This document shows positions 6,234 through 12,861 of a stretch of DNA of 14,403 bases, one piece after another. The notes beneath the pieces were generated by a model, which saw only the letters and a program-made list of their open reading frames with translations, made no database searches and was not told where the DNA came from. The stretch lies in the IMG/VR virus record IMGVR_UViG_3300035703_000645. The stretch is one strand, 5' to 3'. The position numbers and the translations under genes are program-made. Within the stretch, counting starts at the first letter, position 1. The number at the start of each line of letters is the position of its first letter. This stretch comes from a virus.

Positions 6234-6774
6234 CTTTCTTCTCCTTGATCTTCGGCTTCGCTGCCGATTGAGTAGGTACTTCGACGATCGGATAATCGCC
6301 AGCATAGGCGACGAACTTAGGTCGTCCGAAGCCTACGACTTCTTTACCGCTCCCGAATGCCCGCTCTTTAACCATAACCATTCCGCCGTTACGCTGATCC
6401 CCAGTTCCCGAAGTGTTTCCTTCGATGGTGATTACTGACTTCGCTTTAACTCCAACGACGATTCCAATGTGGCTAATACGATCGACGCCATCATGCGGAA
6501 AGTCCATAAATGCAAGATCACCGATCTTAGGATCTGACTCTACCCAGCGGCTTACTTCTTTGAGCTTATGCGCTCCCGCAGCTGTTGAGACCATCGATGG
6601 CAGCTTTACGCCAGCTGTGTGGAAGCACCAATTAACGAAAGATCCACACCATGGCAGACCGTCGGCCTTAGTAAACTTTCCGAACTTAGTAATGTTCTCT
6701 GGCTCTTCGACGTAGCCCACTTCTTTAAGTGCTACTTCTACGACTGCCGCAGCTGTTCCGATTGGGTAAGTCAT
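6193..6774 (-). CDS. Endolysin, CHAP-domain peptidase/amidase
   Basis: GLPWCGSFVNWCFHTAG (catalytic Cys context) ... GDLAFMDF...ISHIGIVVG...ITIEGNTSG (His/Asn context) is the CHAP signature. It sits next to the holin. Confidence 0.85.
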   Translation of the reverse strand: MTYPIGTAAAVVEVALKEVGYVEEPENITKFGKFTKADGLPWCGSFVNWCFHTAGVKLPSMVSTAAGAHKLKEVSRWVESDPKIGDLAFMDFPHDGVDRISHIGIVVGVKAKSVITIEGNTSGTGDQRNGGMVMVKERAFGSGKEVVGFGRPKFVAYAGDYPIVEVPTQSAAKPKIKEKKDGKLKSVTRKLGA

Positions 6775-6980
6775 GAGAGAAGTAACTTCGCTTCGTCTTC
6801 TGTCATACCTAGACGCGACAGAAGTGCAGCTTTAGCCGATGCCTTTTCTTCCATCGCCTGAATCTGGGCTTCTGCCGCTGCCTTATCGATTTCAAGTTGA
6901 GCTAATTCCGCTTCGTTCATGTCGCGGATAATCTCTTCGCCTGTTTGTGCGTTAACGATTTTTACTTGTGGTATTTCCAT
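6771..6980 (-). CDS. Hypothetical 69-aa coiled-coil protein between the tail fibre and the endolysin
   Basis: The ORF has TAATG and ATGA coupling on both sides. The sequence is Ala/Glu-rich and helical (ELAQLEIDKAAAEAQIQAMEEKASAKAA). Confidence 0.6.
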   Translation of the reverse strand: MEIPQVKIVNAQTGEEIIRDMNEAELAQLEIDKAAAEAQIQAMEEKASAKAALLSRLGMTEDEAKLLLS

Positions 6981-7660
6981 TAGTTTTCTCCGTAGATGTA
7001 CATAGTGCCAGTCGAGAAGCTGCTTGCGTGATTTATCGTAACCGAAGAAATAGCGGCGGCTGCCTCGAATCTGCCAAGGTTATAAGAGACAAGGATTCCA
7101 GCCGTTGCATCACGTCCAGAAGATCTTATGTCTACGTCGATAAGAGAAGTATCTGTGTAACGTGGGATCGTCATTAGAGCGGCGAACTTACCGCTAGCAG
7201 CTGTATTAGAGTTCGAGTTATTAAGGAATAGACTCGTTCCAGTCGTGAAATCTGCCTGGACTCCAGCCGAAGCATAATAGATTCGATGGTCGGTGTAACT
7301 GCTTGTCGTAATTCCGTTAAGTCTTAAAGTTACAGCTCCGACCGCTGGCGATGTTACGTCTTTGATGTAAATAAATAGATTCTTATAACTTTGAGAAATC
7401 GAACTTACTGTAACGCTAGAACCTGTAAGCGTAGTCGTAGAGAGAAGAGTAATACCGCCGCCAGAAGCTACGGTCGTCCATGTGAAGTCCATGTCCGTTC
7501 CCGAGTTCTTCGCGAGAAGTTGTCCAGTAGTTCCGCCTTTAAGATCCATCAAAGAAGCGTCGATAGAATCGCCAAGTGTCTCGATAGCTGTCGCGCCGTC
7601 TTTTACCAAGTCGGTTGAAGTAGGAACACTCCAACCGAAATTAGGCGTAGTCGTTGCCAT
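6980..7660 (-). CDS. Tail fibre / receptor-binding (minor tail) protein
   Basis: The N-terminus MATTTPNFGWSVPTSTDLVKDGATAIETLGDSIDASL matches the conserved tPNlGl-x-P...D...iD N-terminal motif of many siphophage minor tail or fibre proteins, which is common in actinophages. It is the last structural gene before the lysis cassette. Confidence 0.65.
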   Translation of the reverse strand: MATTTPNFGWSVPTSTDLVKDGATAIETLGDSIDASLMDLKGGTTGQLLAKNSGTDMDFTWTTVASGGGITLLSTTTLTGSSVTVSSISQSYKNLFIYIKDVTSPAVGAVTLRLNGITTSSYTDHRIYYASAGVQADFTTGTSLFLNNSNSNTAASGKFAALMTIPRYTDTSLIDVDIRSSGRDATAGILVSYNLGRFEAAAAISSVTINHASSFSTGTMYIYGEN

Positions 7661-7670
7661 TTTGTCTCCT

Positions 7671-8909
7671 TTATGCGACTACTGTCGCGTTTATCCAGTC
7701 TAGTGTAGGGCTAATCGTGTTCCATGTTTCGGAAGCTGGCACGTCATTCCAGCGGAACGCGTCGAGCGAATACGAAATCGGCGTGACGTAAAGATCCAGA
7801 GCTAAAGAGTTATAGCCAGCCGAGAATCTCCAGCCTTCTACGAATCCTTGAAAGTTCGATCCCATGTTTTCGGGTAGATCTGTAATGTTTACTGGCATTC
7901 CCATAAAGACGCTTATAAGCGAATTACGTTCTGAATCGCTAATGTTAGGGCTGCCAAGTGGATAACGAATAGACTCAAAGTTAGCTCTAGGGTAAGCGCG
8001 AAGAGCAAGATAAAACGCGGCTTGATTTGTCGCATCTGTTCCAGTTTCGAGCGATGTCTGAATGTTTTGCGCCAGTGCTCCATAAAGTGCAATAGAATCG
8101 GGATCGTCGTCTGTGACTTGCTGACCGTTTTTATAAGTAATCGTAATAGAGTTACGAACGTCGCCCGCTCTTGTCGATGTTTGTAGACCACTGGAGTAAG
8201 CGTCTAAAGCTGAAAGATCTACGTAACCGTTCGTCGATAAATAAGTGCCTCTTCTTGTCGAATTGGCATACCCGATGCGGCCTTCGCTGTCTTCGTAAAT
8301 GTAACCAAGTCCAGAAGTGGCTAAAGCTGCGACTAAAGAATAAGCATCTGTCACGTCTGCGCTTCGATCTGTTAGCTCATAATTCCCGGGACGGTCTATC
8401 TGGCCTACGCCGCTGTTTTCTGCGTCCGACCATGGAATAGTCGGATCGTAGTCGGCCCAGTGCAGAGCTGCGGGAACTTCATTCCAAGCTCCGTAAAGAA
8501 TGCCATCAAGGACATCGAAGATCTGATCGCCTTCGTAAGCTTTATTTAGTACGCCATCGGTAAGAACTTTAGGCAGACGCGAAAGTGCGCCAAGTGCCGT
8601 AACAGTAATAGTCTGAACGAGTCCGCCAGTTCCCGATCTTTCCACTGTCGTAAGAATGTCGCTTACGCTACCGCCGAAGATTGCCACTGGAGTAGCTGCG
8701 GAGTTTTCTACGAAGACAGTTATCCCAGAGTTAATCGCTACAGTGATCGGATCGTCGTCGATGTTAAGAATCGATAAACTACAATAACCCGCCACCGCTT
8801 GCTGATAAATGTCGCGGCGGCCAGATTCGATCGTAAGATTCGCCAGAGTTATGTTCTTATACTCGACTCCATCGATAAGAACGCTCCAGACTGGAGTCCA
8901 TAGAGTCAT
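7671..8909 (-). CDS. Distal tail protein-like minor tail protein (Dit / siphovirus tail component)
   Basis: 412-aa ORF immediately after the tape measure (ATGA overlap). The N-terminus WSVLIDGVEYKNITLANLTIESGRRD...SLSILN resembles the Dit-family opening. Confidence 0.65.
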   Translation of the reverse strand: MTLWTPVWSVLIDGVEYKNITLANLTIESGRRDIYQQAVAGYCSLSILNIDDDPITVAINSGITVFVENSAATPVAIFGGSVSDILTTVERSGTGGLVQTITVTALGALSRLPKVLTDGVLNKAYEGDQIFDVLDGILYGAWNEVPAALHWADYDPTIPWSDAENSGVGQIDRPGNYELTDRSADVTDAYSLVAALATSGLGYIYEDSEGRIGYANSTRRGTYLSTNGYVDLSALDAYSSGLQTSTRAGDVRNSITITYKNGQQVTDDDPDSIALYGALAQNIQTSLETGTDATNQAAFYLALRAYPRANFESIRYPLGSPNISDSERNSLISVFMGMPVNITDLPENMGSNFQGFVEGWRFSAGYNSLALDLYVTPISYSLDAFRWNDVPASETWNTISPTLDWINATVVA

Positions 8910-10477
8910 GCGATTAAGAACGATCCCGCGCCGAGAGTGCCGCGCGCTTGCGACTTATTAACTACATCGATGATAGTGCGAGCCGCCGATTCTGGATCTC
9001 CGACTACGCCCATGTTTACAGTTACGCGAGCGGCTGCATTAGATTCGCGTTCTGCTCGAAGTCTGGCTGTTTCCGCCTTTAGTTCTTCGCGTCGTAAAAT
9101 CGCCGCTTGCATAGCTGGAGAATAAGCAGACAGCGGCGCGCCTGTAAATGTAGGCGATCCAGCATTAGGCGCGAACGTACCACCACCACCACCGAATCCG
9201 CCGCTAATGATTCCACCCGAACCATCTTCACCGCCGAAGACTAAGCCTTGGCTTTCGCTAGCACCCACGAAAGAAGCATTACTAGCACCGAATAATCTAG
9301 TTACTGGGTTATCTTTAATCAGATCGATAACCTTCTTCGCTCCGTTATAAATGCCAGTCAATAGCGACACGAACTTTCCGAAAGCTGTAACCAGTCCAGC
9401 GACTAAAGTTCCAAGTCCTTCTAATGCTGTCTTAAATGATCCAGCGAGAAGCGGGACTAAATACTTCTTAGTAAAGTCCCAGATCTTTTCTAAGAATCCG
9501 TAGAATGGCTCTAGTTCTGTAGAGTTATCCGAAATTGCCTTTTTAATCTTATCGAATGCGATTTTAAGTCCTTCGAGAATTGGCCCGATGATTTTAGTAA
9601 TTTGTGGAATTATTTCTTTATACAGGAACTCCCACCAAGAAGTTAAGATCGGAAGTAGATCGTCGCGAATGACTGTAAAAATCTGACCGAATGCTGGCCC
9701 AAGTGTTTTTCCTAAACCATCGGCGAATCCTTGGATCGCTGGGATTCCCTTATCGACGAACCCAGATAGAAGCGGAGTAAGCGCATCTAAAACGTAAGAA
9801 CCTACGGTCTCTTTTGCTTCATCGAATGCAACAGTAAGACGAGCCATCTTTCCCTGAAAGGTCTCGGCTTGCTTAGAAGCTTGGCCCTCGAATGTTTTAG
9901 AAAGTGCCGCAGCTGCCGCATCAAAGTTTTTGGACTTAATGATGGACTCGTCAATTCCGACGCCAAGCTTCTTTAGTGCGCCTAGATTACCGTCATAAGC
10001 TTTACCGAGAGCTTCGGAGACAGTCTTTAGATCTTTACCTGTTCCCGCTGCGATGTCCAGAGCTAGGGTCTGGAGTTCTTGCGCCTTCTGAACGTCTTTC
10101 GTACTTCTGACTAGTCGATCAAGCGACGGCCTCAAAACGTCGTCCGTGATTCCGTTAGCTAGTGCCGTCTGAGTTATGTAATCCTCTGTAGCTTTTATCT
10201 GCGCTTCTGTTGCGCCTGTAACGTTCTGTAAAGTTGTCGCTAGTTTAGCCTGAGCTGCTTCGTCCTCGATTGCAGACTTAACGCCATCGACGAGAAGAGT
10301 AGCCGCGTACGCCGCAGCTGCCGCTCCCGCTACTGCGAAAGCTGCGCCCGCTTTCTTAGCGAAGCCGCCCATCTTAGATCCGAAGCCTTCGACTTCATTT
10401 TGTGCGCCTTTTACGCCCTTTTTTAATTCGTCAAAGTCGGCGTCAAAAGTAATCTTTATCTTAGGAATGCCAGCCAT
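8906..10477 (-). CDS. Tape measure protein (523 aa)
   Basis: It is the largest tail-module ORF. It is Ala/Leu/Lys-rich and helical, with hydrophobic segments and a Gly-rich tract (GGFGGGGG), and it lies between the chaperone region and the Dit-like gene. Confidence 0.85.
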   Translation of the reverse strand: MAGIPKIKITFDADFDELKKGVKGAQNEVEGFGSKMGGFAKKAGAAFAVAGAAAAAYAATLLVDGVKSAIEDEAAQAKLATTLQNVTGATEAQIKATEDYITQTALANGITDDVLRPSLDRLVRSTKDVQKAQELQTLALDIAAGTGKDLKTVSEALGKAYDGNLGALKKLGVGIDESIIKSKNFDAAAAALSKTFEGQASKQAETFQGKMARLTVAFDEAKETVGSYVLDALTPLLSGFVDKGIPAIQGFADGLGKTLGPAFGQIFTVIRDDLLPILTSWWEFLYKEIIPQITKIIGPILEGLKIAFDKIKKAISDNSTELEPFYGFLEKIWDFTKKYLVPLLAGSFKTALEGLGTLVAGLVTAFGKFVSLLTGIYNGAKKVIDLIKDNPVTRLFGASNASFVGASESQGLVFGGEDGSGGIISGGFGGGGGTFAPNAGSPTFTGAPLSAYSPAMQAAILRREELKAETARLRAERESNAAARVTVNMGVVGDPESAARTIIDVVNKSQARGTLGAGSFLIA

Positions 10478-11013
10478 TAGTTCAGCCTCAATTCTTTAGC
10501 GATCTGTTGCACCATGAGCGCATACTCTCGGGCCACGACTGGGACATAGAAGTCGACAGCTGGAGCGATCCAGTAGCCGCGCTTATTGTAGGGAGTCTTA
10601 AATCTGTTCGTAAATGTGCGCCCGATCGAGTCCACTCCGCCGTGAGATCCGTATTCTGTTCCCCAGAGCAGCGCGCCAGCTGGAGCAGCTTGTCGACGTA
10701 CTTTCCCTTTACCGCTTTTAGAAGCTTCTCCGCCATAAGGACGACCGACCTTCTTAGGGCCACCGATGTCGACGCGAATAAGACGATCGCGTGGAGACTT
10801 GATCGTCTGGACTACTAGCTTCGTCTGTGGAGCTGGAGCAGACAGTCCGCTCATCATAAGCTGGCCAGCTAATCGCTGAGACATAGGCTGCGCGCGATCT
10901 CTAACTAGTTGCTGATACTCGGCTGGGAACGAACCAAGTAGCCCGAGAAGATTCTTAAACTCGTACGGATCGACAGTAATGGCATAAGTGCCGCGGCCTT
11001 TAGTGTCTGCCAT
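10477..11013 (-). CDS. Hypothetical structural protein, HK97 gp10-like features (178 aa)
   Basis: LWGTEYGS...YWIAPAV resembles the E-(F/Y)-G-(T/S) ... P-(F/Y) core of the HK97 gp10 / tail-completion family. TAATG overlap with the tape measure start. The position between chaperone and tape measure is atypical. Confidence 0.35.
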   Translation of the reverse strand: MADTKGRGTYAITVDPYEFKNLLGLLGSFPAEYQQLVRDRAQPMSQRLAGQLMMSGLSAPAPQTKLVVQTIKSPRDRLIRVDIGGPKKVGRPYGGEASKSGKGKVRRQAAPAGALLWGTEYGSHGGVDSIGRTFTNRFKTPYNKRGYWIAPAVDFYVPVVAREYALMVQQIAKELRLN

Positions 11014-11391
11014 TCTGCCTCTCCAGTATCTCGATCGCTGTAAGTAAATCTTCCGCCGTCTGCCACTCTCTCATCGGGATCTGGGTCGCTATTGCGACTT
11101 CGACCAAGATTCGATTTAAGCTTCCGACGGGCCAGCTTTTGGGTCTGACTTCTTACTATTAATTCCTTCTACAGTCTCGACCCAGATCTCGAAAGGCTTA
11201 ACAGGATTCCCAGCTGCTTCGCGCTTCATAGCGTGATAAGCCAAGAATGTGAGCCCTTCGAGACCTAGCTTCGATTCTGCTTCGTTTACTGTTGCGTTAA
11301 ACTTTCTTTCCCATTTAACCCATTCTGGAAGAGCTGCGACGTATGTAGCGACGTCTCCCGATAGGTACTGGACTTCTAGTTCTAGCTTCAT
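11000..11391 (-). CDS. Predicted -1 frameshift product of the tail assembly chaperone (gpGT-like, ~130 aa)
   Basis: After a -1 slip at C_CCA_AAA (11143..11137) the frame reads SWPVGSLNRILVEVAIATQIPMREWQTAEDLLTAIEILERQNGRH (45 codons) with no stop until TAA at 11002..11000. That spans the entire 102-bp apparent gap and ends just past the next ATG. Confidence 0.55.
11116..11391 (-). CDS. Tail assembly chaperone (gpG-like, 91 aa, zero-frame product)
   Basis: Small acidic ORF between the tail tube gene and the tape measure region. It carries an in-phase slippery heptamer near its 3' end. Confidence 0.65.
   Translation of the reverse strand: MKLELEVQYLSGDVATYVAALPEWVKWERKFNATVNEAESKLGLEGLTFLAYHAMKREAAGNPVKPFEIWVETVEGINSKKSDPKAGPSEA
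11137..11143 (-). promoter_or_regulatory. Candidate -1 programmed frameshift slippery heptamer CCCAAAA (X_XXY_YYZ, in phase)
   Basis: The zero frame reads GAC CCA AAA GCT, so the heptamer C_CCA_AAA is in the phase required for tandem tRNA slippage. It lies 6 codons before the zero-frame stop. Confidence 0.55.
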
Positions 11392-11413
11392 TTATTGCTC
11401 CCGATTCTGTTTC

Positions 11414-11815
11414 TTAGCTAAATGTCTCTGTAGGTGTTCCCACGACTGTAAAGCTCATGCTAACAGTCTGAGCGTCTGGCGATGATCCGCCCACGCTTGG
11501 GAATAGTGGAAGAACGTTAAAGCTGAAGACTGCGCCTGTAACAGCTGTTAGCGATACCGCTAGAGTCGTGTTAGGTGCTGTCTCTGCCGCTGTCCATAGA
11601 GCTTCGCAGAGTGAATCCGCTGCGCCCCAGTCTGCGAGCATCTCGACATCGAAAGTCCACTGTGAATCGATCGACTTATAAGCCTTCGAATAAAGTGTGT
11701 CGTAAGTTTCGATAGTGACGTCCGCTGAAAGCGTCGCGCTTGTCGCTTGCTCGTCGTAGTTCTTAGTCGCGATCGTCATAGCGAGATCGCGTCCAGTAAT
11801 GACGGTCGTGGCCAT
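11414..11815 (-). CDS. Major tail (tube) protein, 133 aa
   Basis: It lies directly upstream of the chaperone and has a strong RBS (TAAGGAG). The opening ITGRDLAMTI...ATSATLSADVTIETYDT resembles small siphophage tube proteins. It is unusually short. Confidence 0.6.
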   Translation of the reverse strand: MATTVITGRDLAMTIATKNYDEQATSATLSADVTIETYDTLYSKAYKSIDSQWTFDVEMLADWGAADSLCEALWTAAETAPNTTLAVSLTAVTGAVFSFNVLPLFPSVGGSSPDAQTVSMSFTVVGTPTETFS

Positions 11816-11824
11816 TGTTTCTCC

Positions 11825-12214
11825 TTAGTTTGTTTGTGTGTAATAGGTCGCGAGCTGAATCTCGCCAGCGAGAATCTCGGACGCGCCTATAGTTAACGGG
11901 ATCGGATTCGAGATGTCTCCGACTTCGTACCCTGACGGAATGGCCGCCAGAATGCTAATTACGAGCTGCTCCCAGTTATCGAGCGCGCTCTGATTATCGT
12001 AGATCGCTACGCCTACGGTTATTACTAGATTTACTTTTACTTTTACGTTCGACTTACCTAAGAACGTAGGCTGTAAATACGGAACGCTCGGAACGACCGC
12101 CGCGAATGGCACGATCGGAGCTTCTGGGACAGAATCGTAAGTGTTAGCCGCGACGTTCTGGATCGCTGTCTTTAACGGATTACGAACGCTTGAAAGAATG
12201 GAAGAAGCTGGCAC
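11825..12214 (-). CDS. Neck / tail-terminator-like protein (129 aa)
   Basis: It lies between the connector and the tube gene. GTG start 1 nt after the upstream stop. It is assigned by synteny, with a weak DUF3168-like resemblance. Confidence 0.4.
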   Translation of the reverse strand: MPASSILSSVRNPLKTAIQNVAANTYDSVPEAPIVPFAAVVPSVPYLQPTFLGKSNVKVKVNLVITVGVAIYDNQSALDNWEQLVISILAAIPSGYEVGDISNPIPLTIGASEILAGEIQLATYYTQTN

Positions 12215-12215
12215 T

Positions 12216-12794
12216 TTAGCCGCCGACCATTACTTCGACATCGACGTAATTACCTAAGAGACCGATTACACGATTCTGGAGACTGCGGCCCATTCTGTAG
12301 GGCGAACTCTGGAAGTCCACGCCTTCGATCTGGCCGCCCGCAGCTGTTCGAGATTGAAAGACTTCGATCGATACCGCGTAAATCGCTGATTCGATTGACG
12401 GATCGGAAGCGTAGAGAGTAAGCGCGTCATAACCTGAAAGCGTCGCTGTGCCGTTCGGAATGATCTGGCGACGAGTGACGTCTGACGATGTTAGAGCTGC
12501 CGAGAATGAAGTATCTGTAACGACTGTAAGAGTGTGAGTCGCTGTAAATGGAGCTGGAAGTCCTGTAATGACGATCGACTGTCCTACGACGAAAGGGTGT
12601 GTCCGTCGAGTGTAGAACTTAGCTACGTTGGAAGTTAATTCGTACTCGACGACTGCCGTCGTGTTCTGTACGAGTAAAGGAAGAATCGTATTCTGAGCGG
12701 TAACGATTAGCTCATCGAGATAAGCGTCCGAATAGAGAGAAGAGCTAACGCCAAGGACGGATCGCAGCTGTGCAGCTGTAATAATGTTCGGCAC
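12216..12794 (-). CDS. Head-tail connector (gp6-like adaptor) protein, 192 aa
   Basis: The N-terminus ITAAQLRSVLGVSSSLYSDAYLDELIVTAQNTILPLL matches the gp6-like head-tail connector opening (it-x-eelk-x-hLri...d-x-l-x-x-li-x-aA). It is the first gene after the capsid gene. GTG start preceded by GAAGGGAAGAG. Confidence 0.6.
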   Translation of the reverse strand: MPNIITAAQLRSVLGVSSSLYSDAYLDELIVTAQNTILPLLVQNTTAVVEYELTSNVAKFYTRRTHPFVVGQSIVITGLPAPFTATHTLTVVTDTSFSAALTSSDVTRRQIIPNGTATLSGYDALTLYASDPSIESAIYAVSIEVFQSRTAAGGQIEGVDFQSSPYRMGRSLQNRVIGLLGNYVDVEVMVGG

Positions 12795-12816
12795 GTTAGC
12801 TCTTCCCTTCTACTAC

Positions 12817-12844
12817 TCGACTAGCTCGGGAGCGAACTAGTCGA
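12817..12844 (-). other. Stable RNA hairpin just downstream of the capsid gene stop (no U-tract)
   Basis: Minus-strand RNA reads UCGACUAG-U-UCG-CUCC-CGA-G-CUAGUCGA: an 8-bp stem, a U-G wobble, a 3-bp stem and a tetraloop. The internal mismatch is a G-U wobble only on the minus-strand transcript (it is C-A on the plus strand), which argues for function in the sense RNA. Confidence 0.5.
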
Positions 12845-12861
12845 TGTCTGATTTATTCGAT

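Noticed and set aside
260-8191. Minus-strand ORFs nested out of frame inside larger genes (260..451, 1197..1409, 1304..1516, 4877..5068, 7913..8191, and also 10488..10763)
   Set aside because: They lie entirely inside the portal, TerL, 220-aa, Dit-like or gp10-like genes in alternative frames. They have Arg/Ser-rich sequences and no start-site support.
11014-11118. Stop-codon readthrough joining the 91-aa chaperone ORF to the 178-aa ORF, which are in the same frame
   Set aside because: Three in-frame stops separate them (TAA 11118..11116, TAG 11091..11089, TGA 11073..11071). The -1 frameshift at CCCAAAA explains the gap far better.
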